DNA of 64,000 nt from Macrostomum lignano (lineage: Eukaryota). Shown here one piece after another: positions 50,701-61,800 of the stretch. Below the pieces are notes generated by a model. It made no database searches. It was not told the origin of the DNA and saw only the letters and a list, made by a program, of their open reading frames with translations. The stretch is taken from assembly GCA_002269645.1 (NCBI GenBank), contig NIVC01002647.1, positions 62,001-126,000 of the forward strand. The letters are read 5' to 3'. Numbering within the stretch: the first letter of the stretch is position 1; every line of letters begins with the position of its first letter. Made by a program: the position numbers and the translations under genes.

Positions 50701-53700
50701 ATTTATAAGGTATTTTTTCAGTTATTGTGTAAATAACATAGGCAATATCTACATGGTATTGTGCAAATAATGATTGCCAAAAATTATATGCTTTATATAC
50801 TAAGGACCTTAGGCTTAGTATATGCCATATACATACAATACTAAGTATATATATATTAGGAAACCTTTCTATATATTGCCAAGAAAAACTTCTATGGCAA
50901 AGGCCATCTTCCTGACTATAGATTCTATTAGTCTCTTACAATTGGTCTATATCATAATTACAGAATTTGAGAGAGGGATATTTTAAACTATTAGAAAGGT
51001 TTATTTCAAATTTCTACCATTATTATAGCAATCAGATTTTATTCCACAAATTTGTTTAAACATGCCTTTGCCATTGGTTTTTATATAAATAAAAGTGATT
51101 TCCATGCCCAGAGAAGCAACCAATCTTTTGGTTCTGAGGCAATTTGCCTGACAAAACTGAATAAGCTAAGTTGCTAAAGCCTTTCTCATTTGTTAAAATT
51201 AAGAGCAAATGCTCATTAGCCAGGTGGAAATTACCAAGAGCACAAGATGAATAGTCTAAGAGCCAATAGCATAATAGCAAAGAGACTAGGCATAAATTAG
51301 CCAACTGACAAAGGGAGAAATATCCCAATAGGATTGTTTGAATTGAACAGCCAATAGGAAGTCATATATGACAAGAGCAAATCCATAATAAATAAGAAAC
51401 TGAAATTCACCAAGCAACCTTGATCCATTAGAGAGTGCTACTTTAGGACTCAGTCATCCCCCTTCTAGCTAAACAGTGACTTGCCACTTGGGCACTGCGT
51501 GCTACCAGGGCAATCCATATTCATGTGAGAGCCCATAACCCCAACTGCACAACATCATAATTTTAGTAGGCTATAGTGAAGTGACCCTAACGGCCTAATC
51601 ATTAATTTCACAAAATTCTAAATTAGGCCTACAGCTAGTTTACCCTGTGGTGTCAGCATTAAAATAAAAGTCCCCTACAACAACTTGATAACAGCAGTTG
51701 AATTTCACAGAATAAATTTCATAAATAACCCTACAATAAAGTATTATATTGTGTTAATCCTTTTAAATATTATTATTAGGGTGTCCAGTGAGAATTTTTT
51801 TTCTGAAATTTTTTGGTTTTGACTTATGTAACTTATAGACCTGGATGTTATGAGTAAAATGACACTTCACTTTTTTAATTTGGTCAAGTAATAAAAAAGT
51901 TATGAGTATTTTTGTTTTAAAAAGAATGCGTTTTTTCCGTATTCTTAATACATTAGAAAGTGAAGCCAATTCCACGTCATTTTTACTTTTTTTCTTTAAT
52001 TAAGTGTAAATAACTTTTTTGTTAGTTAAGCTACTTCTTTGACTTTGGTGTCAATTTTTAGGTAATTTAACTGTGCAATATAATTTGTAACTAAAAAAGT
52101 TCTCCTGCTTAGCAGTTTTTTGCTGCAGGATGTTCTGTTAATAAAAAAATGTTTTTTTATGCTGCCGGAGTCATACTTTTTTACTTTAAAGTCCCCTTAA
52201 AATACTTGTACTATACTTAGACAGACTTTCTTGGTGTCAAACTTTAGATTTCTTTTAGTTCTTTTAGGAAACATAAAAATTGTGCAGTTTAAGTATAGCT
52301 GTAGGTGAGGAGAATTTTTTTAAGGAAAATTTGTGAATAAGGGTTCAGGAAGGCAAACTGGGTGATAGTGTCTAGTAGACAGTTTTAAGTTAGAATGTCA
52401 GGGTTTTTACTTTTTTAACAAATACAACTGGATGTTATGAGTAAAATGACATATTACTTTTAAAGATATGTTGAATAATAAAAAAGTTATAAGAATTTTT
52501 TTAAAAAAATTCATTGCACTGCTTCTCTCTCTGTATTGTTATAAATGGGTAATGACATGTATATGGTATAAAAAATGTTTCATAACTTCATAAGTTTCTG
52601 TTTCCATATTTTCTGGCTTGTCCTTAATATATAAATATGACTAATATTATGAGTATCTGGCTTTACTGTGAGTTTATGTCATTTATCATGTCAAAATATA
52701 CTATTTCACTTTCAGATGCTATTATGTCATAATATAAATAGTAATTGTAAATTATGTCAGAACAATATACTCATACTCAATTTTATCGCTCCATTTCTAA
52801 CCCTCACTCCAGTGCTTCTGCTAGCATTTAAATTGAATACTACATAATATTTCATAAGAATTTATTTCTATGTCCAACTCAACGACACCCAAGACTGGTG
52901 CAGCCAGTAGCGCTGGGCCTGGCACCCCTATTGCTCGATCAAGGGGTCGACCCAGATTGCAGGTCACCAATGCCATGGCAATCGCTACTGTAGAGCAGCA
53001 GCAGCAGGGTGTTAGTTTCACTGAAAAATGGACTGCTTTGGCTGACTGTCTTGAGCAACAAGACATGAGCCTAGCTGAGTTAAAGACCTTGCAGGGAGCC
53101 TTCAGTCGCATGTACGCAAAGGCAGAAGCCCTGAAGAAGAGCACGCATGGTGCTGGTAGAGATGAAGGCAGAGCTGCCTACCAGCAGTTCTTGGAGAGTA
53201 AATTTGTACCTCCTGCCACGCGTGGCCGTGAGGCTGCAGATGCAGCTACCACTAGGCCTGCGGATGCACCTGCCACGCCTGCTGGCGCACCTGCCACGCC
53301 TGCTGGCGCACCTGCCACGCCTGCTGGCGCACCTGCCACGCCTGCTGGCGCACCTGCCACGCCTGGTCGCGTCCAGGCAGCTGCCAGTGCCCTGTCACCA
53401 GAAGAGCAGCGCGGTCAGGAGGATGGGCTTCATGCAGCACTGCGTGAGGTAAGCCTTCTAGAGTGAGGAGTGAGGCTGTATCTCGCATTGTCTATTGAAA
53501 TGAGTTTAAACTTTGAACAGGTACCCTTCGACTTGTCAGGTAGTAAGATAGTTTTTTTTTACTTTACTGTTGCAAAAAGAAAGCCTTAATTATGTCTTGT
53601 CCTGACACAACTTTCCGGGTAACGCAAGGGACTGAAATCTGGAACTTTATTTTATCCCCCTTTCACACAGGCACGATATCGTCTGACTCTATCCGAGGCA

Positions 53701-56700
53701 AGGGTCAGGCGGCTTATATTTCGCCTCTCAAGACGGCCATCGATGAAGGTATGGCAGCAGCGCGTCAGACGCCTCCAGCGGCGGATCCGAGACGCCCGCC
53801 GACAATATCGGTACCAGGCCAGGATGCTGCTGGATGTGCGTGCGAATCTATTGCTGGAGAAGCGCCAGTCGGCCATTCGCATGGACGCGGAGGCCAAACG
53901 TCAGATCGAAGCCCTACGGTCTGAAGTACGGCAGGCGCATCATTTGCTGGCTGAAGCCAACAGCAAGGTGAGACGAACTGTAAAGTGAAAAAGGGTAGGA
54001 AAGTATTAAATTGCTGGTGTGTTTGTTCTTAAGAAGCTGCGCTCATCGGAGATGTCTGGCGCACGGGCTTGGATAATGGGATTTGACCTTATGGTAGACG
54101 CATAATCAGACACGAACTCAATTGGTCTGGAACCATCATTTCACACTTCTACAAAACAGGTTGAACAGCTGACAGGCCAGGTGGCAGCCGGCCGTCTGCT
54201 GCAGACAATGGAGTCACGACCTGGAGGTGGCGTGCAGTACACGAACGATGTCGTTCGGGCGTGCGTCAGTCTCGTGCTCGATTGCCACGTCCCTTTCCGT
54301 TACGTCAGCTCCGCCATTCGAAAGGTCGTGGAGCAGTTGTGCGGGATGCAGGTGGAGAACCTGCCGTCCGTGTCGCACATAAGTGCCGTGTCCTACAGCG
54401 TCGGCGGGAGTCTCGCTAAGGCCAGCGCCATGGAGAAGCTCCTGGTGGCCGCGCAGGACGACAAGGCGCTGACGCTGATGACCGACGCCACCAGTAAACG
54501 AGGAGAGCACTGGTCGGATTGGCAGGTACAACTATACTTTTTCTCATTTGCATAAACTTTTGCTTCGAATGATGGCATGTCGATATCGAAACAGACAGAA
54601 GAATACTTACACCAAACTGCAATCCCCCTCATCACACAGATTTCCACTGGCGGGAACGAGCAGGTCACGCTGGCTCTTCGGCCTGTAGAGGGTGGTACAG
54701 CGGAGATGTACGCCCGTGACATGGACGCCTCCGTCGATGAGCTAGTGGAGTCCTTCTGCGACGTCACTAAGCCCGACGTCAGTGTTGAAGACAGGGTCCG
54801 GTTGAAGCGGGAGCTCTTCATCCGGATCAACTTTCTCATGACGGACCGCCACGTCGTTAACAAGTGCCTGTTGGTGAGTGTGACGCGGAGGGTTAGGTCT
54901 AGCAGTGGTTCAGTGTTGTTTCGAGAAATTTACGGCAGTCATTTTTTCTTACATTTCGTATAGGTGCTTCTTAACGAGATGCGCGACACCTTCGCGAGGC
55001 AGGCCGGTGAGGACCAGCCGGAGAAGGTCACGGCCCTTTTCTGTGGCATGCATGCCATCGTTAATCTGGCTGCCGCGGCTGAAAGCGGTCTCAAAGCCTG
55101 GGAGGCCTGCGTGTCATCGCAGCCACTCGGTGCCGCTGCGCTACCCGGTTTCTGGACTTCAAAGGCCGAGTCCGGTAGGATTTTCCATATGGCGTGCAGG
55201 CTAGGGTTACAACTTAAGTTGATGTTGAAAGCTTCTGCACTGTTTGATTACTTTCATTGTAAAAAATGTGGTACTAACAGGTTAGAATAATTGACTAAGT
55301 CAATAAATATGCAGTCACACGGAGTACTTCCTTTCAATTCAAGTACTCCTAATCGATTCTATACCAGTATACGACCCTAACCATGTCCACAGGCACTCAG
55401 CGTACCATCAGGACGGTCTGCAAGGCGTTTCATCGGCTCGGGAACGAGCAGTGCGGCGTCGCAGTTCCGTACGAAACGTACTTACAGTCGCAGGGCGCAA
55501 AGCCGTTCCAGATGGAGGACTTCCGCGGCAACCGGGCGTACGTCATCTTCCCGAATGGAGGTCACGTTTTCCGCCAGCGGGAGCTCCTGCTGACTTTCCT
55601 GACGGAGTACCCGTGCAGCAACCGCCTGCTGCTAGCCGTGCAAGCAGATCTCGCCTCGAATGTCCTGCTGAGTGGCTGTCGAGCGCTTGGTGTCATCGAC
55701 ATGCTGGTGATTCGGCCATTGTGGATGCTGAACCGGCAGTCAACAGTCCGAATTCTGGACATGAACCAGCGCTACGAGCAACTCTGCGACTGGCTGGAGG
55801 AGCTGGCCACGGCAGACGGCTTCCGCTTTTCGGGCGACCAGAGCGGCCCATTTCCTGACCTTGCTGGGGCAGTGCTAGCGCCCGATGACGCTGGCGACGT
55901 TTGGAGTGCGTTGACGGCCGATGCGTCGCAGCTGGACAACGATCTACTGAGCCAGGCGCTGCAGGTCACCGCTGCATACATGCTCGTGCTGCTTCGTCGT
56001 GAGGTCTGCGACCACTTGCCCGGCGGTGCCCTGCGCAATTTGTCCGACGAGCAGCGCCGTCTGACAGCGGATGCGCCGAAAGACAACGTCGCTCCCGAGC
56101 GCAATTTTGCTGTGCTGGACAGCACGGTGACTTGCAAGCCGCACATGCGCCCATTGGCTCGAGAGGCGTACGTCCTCTTTCAGCAGAACGCTACGGAGCA
56201 GTGGCTGCATCAAAAAACTCGAGATGAGCAGGAGGCCATGCTTTCTCGGGCTCGGAAGATTTCCGGGAAAGTTGAGGCACGGGCAAAGGCGACGAAACAG
56301 GCGATCGACAAGGCACGGCAGCAGTTGCAGCAGGCGCGCATCGAGGCAGTGCACCGCAAGAGAGTCGCCAAGGACTGCTCCCTCCGTGACCACATGCGCG
56401 CTGTTCACGAGTTCGGCGGCGTCTGGATTACCGTCAGCGACATGACGGAGGCGCTGCAGCAGCTCCCATCTGGACGTCACGAGCAAGCTGTGACAGCGCA
56501 GCTGCGTCTGCAGAAAGCCATGAGTAAGACAGCGTAGTGTTGGTTTTAAGTAGGAAGTAAATTTTAAAATTGGTCTTTAGCAAAGAAAGTTTCACGAAAA
56601 TTTTGCTGAAAGTTGACTTTCAAACGTTCAGGAATCAGGTAATTTGGAGAATTCATTATCACCTACAAACTTACTTCCATGCAGAGCCTACTCTGCCAAG

Positions 56701-58823
56701 GGACCTGGCTGCCCTGCTCAACCTGTTGCAAGCCGGTGTAAGACGCAGCCTGCCCGCCCTGACTGCCAACCTGCGACAAGTAATTGCCCATCTGGAGGCT
56801 GAAAAGGCAGCAGTTGCCGTCGCGGTCGACACCCAAGGCAACACCAACATCCGGCCCTGTAATGAGCGGGCAGAGCTTGTCCGCTCTGCTGTCACCAAGA
56901 AGCTGGAGGCCCGTCAGGTGGCAGCTACGACTGGCCAGCAGCACCAAGGTGGCGCAGCAGGCAGCGGGCGTGGTGCTAGCGCGTCAGGCAGTCGGGCACG
57001 CGGTCGGGGTCGCGGACGTGGTCAGGGGTGTGGCCGTGGCCAGGGTAGAGCTTCGAGCAGGCAAAAGCGAGCGCCGCTGCCGACTTCTGATTCGGAGTCA
57101 GACTCTGCCGAGGCCATTGCAGAGCAGCAGGCTGCTGCTATTCCCCCCTCGCTGAGCAACCTCCCACAGCTGGAAGGCCGACGTGTGGAAGTTTTGTTTG
57201 GCTACACCGACGGCGAGGTCTGGGAGCAGGGTGTCGTTGTCCGCCGTGTTCCGGGTACCAATGCAGACATCCTTGAGCATAAGTTCAAGGTTGTGTTTGA
57301 CGACCATGGCAGCACAACCTTTGAATATAACTTTTACGAAGACTATTTGAAGGGCGACCTTCATGTCCTGTCAGACGACGAGTAGCTCAACAGAGTTACT
57401 GAACTTCTTGAATATTGAGTCTAAACTGAAATGATCAAGTGAGAGTGGATAATGTAGTATAGGTAATTACAATTCCTTAACTAAAAGCAACATTACTATC
57501 ATATAAGTTGTTTAGATCAACAGCTCATATACATCAATTTCAATTTGGGTCAAAGCAGAGTCAAATAGTCCCCATTAAAAGCTGCGAAATGCCCAGTTTT
57601 GTTTTTTCCCTATCTCCGCAGTGTATTTCCAAGAAACGTTCTACAGTCTATGGCCAATGGTGCCTTTGCGTTTTGGCCTACATAGAAATCCTTTCTAGAC
57701 CTGATTTGGGGTGCGTTAGGCTACATTTTAAGCAAAGGAAACATTCGTGCTTCAAACAGGCCATCCAATATTTGAAGTTTTACATTTTCCTATGAGATTT
57801 TACATGTATTTGGTGAAATTTTTGCCCAGCACTTGCGTTTATAGTTAGGAGGTCGAACTTTCGCTGAAACTGCTTCATTTGGTTGCCATAACAACTACAT
57901 ACAGTTTCAGGGGCATGCTTACACCCGATCTTGAAAAACTGACATTCACCAATTTTCATGTACATGACATGCTTGTACATGAAAAAATTTTTTCTTCAAA
58001 AAAAATAGCTCCTAAGGTACTCATACATGTTTACTAAGCTCCAGTGTTGAAAAAAATCATGAAAAACAGTTCAGTTTTTATGTAGGACCAATTCTACAAA
58101 ACCCACTTTCTTTTTTGGATTTTGCCTCAATTTTAAATTTCTGTAAAAATGGTACAACTTTGCCATGCTGTAACTTTTTTGTATAAAATGAAATCGCTTG
58201 ATTCTTTTTTTATGTTGTAGATATAAGTCCTAACTTTCTAAAAAGTATAAACTCATTGCTGTAGCTTACATACTTACCGATTTACAGACATTTGAAATTA
58301 GGTCATTTTCATATTTTTCAAAAATCATACATTGAAAAAATAGCTCACTGGACACCCTATTATTATTTAAAACTTATTATTTAATTATTTAATTATACCA
58401 ACCTTTTTTTGACTACTACTAGTGTAACAATCGAAAGCATGTAAGATATTTCAGAAATTTATCACGTGGAAATTATCACAAAAAGAAAAAAAATTAAAAT
58501 ATAATATAATGTAGCAACATACCTGTAAATGAAACAATTAAAAAAAGAATTTTGGAAGCAATATCATTTGATATTTGATCTAATGTGTCTGGGACAATTG
58601 GTGGTAATTTGGGACCAAGTGCATCGGCTTTGCTGGAAAATAAAAAGCTTTGAAATAAGTTGCAAAGAAAGATAGCCATCTGAGCGTGCGCAGGTAACGT
58701 TCGTACCTCATTCTCATTGGTGATATTATTAGAATCTGTGCCAAAAAAATTGAGAATCCGTGGAGGAAATTGAAAAGCATTTAAATAATACAGAGAAGGA
58801 ACTCTCAGCAAAGAATCCAACAT
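41723..58823 (-). CDS. RNF145: RING-H2 membrane E3 ubiquitin ligase, RNF145/TRC8(RNF139) family, 6 coding exons, ~788 aa
   Basis: Phase-consistent exons 58823-58523 ([13 protein letters not shown]8_N start), 50459-50290, 49679-49335, 48063-47389, 47180-46756, 42173-41723. RING-H2: [41 protein letters not shown] and [17 protein letters not shown] are closer to RNF145 than to RNF139 from recall. An acceptor at 58851 suggests a 5' UTR or upstream exon. Confidence 0.92.
42225..46724. repeat. ~4.5-kb 29-bp satellite (core ATCCCAATTTGAGGATC) in two subfamilies
   Basis: CTCATCCCAATTTGAGGATCTGTGTGTTT (to ~43520), then AACTTCTGATCCCAATTTGAGGATCCGTG; fills RNF145 intron 5. Confidence 0.97.
48070..49290. 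repeat. ~23-bp minisatellite GGGATCTGGGATTCTTCAGTGTT
   Basis: Fills RNF145 intron 3. Confidence 0.96.
49790..50105. repeat. 11-bp minisatellite TTTGAAACTCA
   Basis: In RNF145 intron 2. Confidence 0.93.
51777..58359 (+). mobile_element. Autonomous cut-and-paste DNA transposon (hAT-like DDE/CxxH), 6583 bp, in RNF145 intron 1
   Basis: Perfect 16-bp TIR TAGGGTGTCCAGTGAG (51777-51792) / CTCACTGGACACCCTA (58344-58359) with imperfect T-rich extension. Flanking direct repeat TTATTAT (51770-51776, 58360-58366). Encodes an intact spliced transposase. Confidence 0.9.
52870..57385 (+). CDS. Transposase, 7 exons, ~1172 aa, DDE + CxxH, N-terminal AT-hook and coiled region, C-terminal Tudor-like domain
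   Basis: Exons 52870-53448, 53671-53967, 54160-54525, 54640-54873, 54964-55174, 55393-56523, 56685-57385 join in frame (3519 nt) with GT-AG sites and no internal stop. Putative catalytic D (LMTDAT, 54484), D (LMTDRH, 54844), CGMH (55042-55053) and E (NVAPERNF, 56097), similar to the hAT ER.F motif. Confidence 0.85.
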
Positions 58824-61800
58824 CTTAAAAAGTTTTTTGTTAACAGCCAGCTAAAATACAAATCATGAAACAACGTTTGCAGAGGCACATTTTACACTAA
58901 TTTATCGACGCACGTTTCATAGAAAATCAGAAGTCAAAAGTCCGTTAGTCCAATATAACAGGTTTATTCCTAGTAGTTGCACATTTAAAAGTTAAAAAAA
59001 GTTTGTAAATAATAATAACACAATACAGTTAGTATTAAGACTGCAAATTACCTAAAAAATATCTGTAAGGTATACTCTTCTTTAAAATTTTACGTGATAT
59101 TGTTGTTGCACGATCGCCTGGGTCGTTCTCAAAGCTAGGTCACAACTTTTTGTTATTGCAAAAAAAGTTTATACATCGACCAATAATCGTACCAAAAAAA
59201 TTATTTCGACAATTTCTGTAAGAAGCTGCTACTAAAACCACAAGAAAACTTGAAATTGAGAAGAAATCAAGGCTATTTGTTATTCTTTGTTGCGGAAAAT
59301 AAACGACAAAAATATTAAAGAGAAAATAAAATTTTCTTCTATTTTTATTTTAAATATGCAGATAAATTTCTTTTGCAAAAATAAAAGAACAAGAAATTTA
59401 CAAAGGAAATGTTTTTGAGCACAGCATTTTGTTACTCTGCTCTAAATCCCAGACATTTAAAATTATCGTGTGCGAAAAAGTGCGAAATATTATAGCATGC
59501 ACTCGAAAGGACTTCGATCAGTTTAACTTATCACTGAATTAAGAAGTCTAAATAAGTCTTGAAAGGTTGAATTAAAAATCAAGTTTTCACTATGTATCTT
59601 TTCAAAGTCAAGATGATTCGACAAATAAAGAATGTTCATTTTTACGGTGAACAGAATTGTTCATTTTTACATTAAATATAATAAAATCTAACTAATAATA
59701 GAAAAAGTCAGGGAACTATCCTTGAACACCAAAAAGCACATTGTGGATTTAATATCAACTGCATGTTCCTTATTAAAGGAATTCGGATACTAGTATATAT
59801 TTTATTTTTTGTAGCATAATTTCTGAAAACTATAACTTGCTTGATTTTACTTTAAGTACTTATTACATTAATGCTTATACCAAAGCTACATGTACTTAAA
59901 ATAAAAAATTATAGTTACTTATTAGACATTTTACTCCAATTAACTTAAAATAATTCAAATTTGTTTTAATGAATTCATTTTTTGAAACTTTTTGGAAAAT
60001 AGACAAAATTGAATTATTTAATTACCAAAAACCTACTAGCTTAACTAAAATAGCAATTAGTCTTTAAGAAAAGATTTCACTTGTTAATTGAGAAAAATGA
60101 GGATGTGCGAGGTGTAAAAATGCGAAAGAGCATGCAGGAAACAGAGACAAACAAAAATGTAGGTAAAAGACACTGCACATGCACATAATATGATAACCAG
60201 ACATAATGCGCACACTGAAACACCAGTAGCAATGACGCCCAAGCTTTTGATGATCACAAGCGAAAAGGCAAAACCCAGCCATCAATCAAAGAAGTAGACT
60301 TTAGCACGCATCTTGAGTGCATCACGCATTTTTTGCAGAGAAGCTCGAAAATTAACATTGTATTCTGTGCACAACCACCAACTGCGACAGGGTCTGCCGG
60401 GGGATTTGTGGGCACGCAGTCGCGGATACAAAACGGAGGAGTCGCTGACCATTCTGAAATTACTAGCTAGTACATGTAATTTTGTGTATTAATATATTCA
60501 GCCCGCTTTATTTCTATGCTCTCGTCCGCCTCTCGTTAATGCATCCCCAGACTCTTGCAATAATCAAACTTATGATCGACCTATGCATGGCTTCCGTCCC
60601 TCGCTTTGAATCTCTCACCTCCCCATAGTTCCATCAACCTTACCTTAGTGGCTTCCTATGCAAAAATCATCCCTCCGCATCTTACACAGGCTACTTCAGG
60701 CTGTAGACTGTACTACACTATTAATTAGTTGCGCTATAAGGAATCTACATGTATTTTGCTCGCAGCGCAGCGCGCTGCTCAAAGAAGTTTAGTTCTATCT
60801 AGATATTCTAGTAATTTCAGGTTTGTCCATAGACTAGAGCTCATGAGATGAGAATTCCATTAACTAGTACATTTAATATGAATGAACTGCGTGTGTGTGT
60901 GCTGTGCATTCATATGTATAATATACGAGTAGTTTATGGGCCAAATTATTGTGTGGCACAATTCTTGGCATCACTCAGCAGGCACAAGATGCAGTTAAGC
61001 AGCGCACGAAAATTCTACAAAAGAAATTGAGCCTGGTTGAGGTGATGCGAGGAGGCAGATCCACACAATCTCAGTGAATACACCAGACTGCACCAGATAC
61101 GAGTCCAGTCGAATGTGCGCACTGGTCTAAGCAGCACACGCATGTCCTTCTGACAATGACGGCACCTAGCTTCGTCCAAGCCTTTGCCAGCGTCACTGAC
61201 AGCGTCAATACTACCATGCAGTGCCACCTGCAGCACCGACAACGGCAATTCCTCCAGTTAGCCCACTACAGTGGCTAAACTGAGGGACAGGGAACCTACC
61301 CACAGAAGACACACACATACACACACAGCACCGGCAGCAGCACTCTGACAGCATAACCTAAAGCTCCATGAGCTCAGTTTTCAAGCATTGAAGAAGCAGA
61401 AGCAGTCATCTTGGATCCAGGGATCAGGAAGAGTGTTGCATGTCCGACATGTGCTGTTTCCGTGGCAAAAGGTGATGGAGCAAATTAATCAACACTTACT
61501 ATCTAGCTCGTATTAAGACTAAAAAACTGAGGCAAGCTGGGATTAAACCAAAGAAAATTTTTTACTATACTTTTTTACCATATACTTTTACTATACTTCT
61601 ATAGTATAGTAGAGAGGTACTCTATTTAAATGCAGTAAGAAGTGAAACAAATTTATATATTTAATTATTAAATTAAATTAATTCAAGGTAAATAACTAAT
61701 TTAACCAATTTATTAGGAGTATTTATTATTATAATAAATTGATTTTTATACCTTACACGAAATAAGCTCTACATTCATTTCTTAGCTTGGGGCCCATCTG

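Noticed and set aside
51056-51328. Hydrophobic ORF as an additional RNF145 exon
   Set aside because: Exons 58523 and 50459 already join in phase with family-like continuity; no convincing splice sites.
61015-61248. Short GC-balanced ORF on the minus strand
   Set aside because: No recognisable motif or supported splice context.
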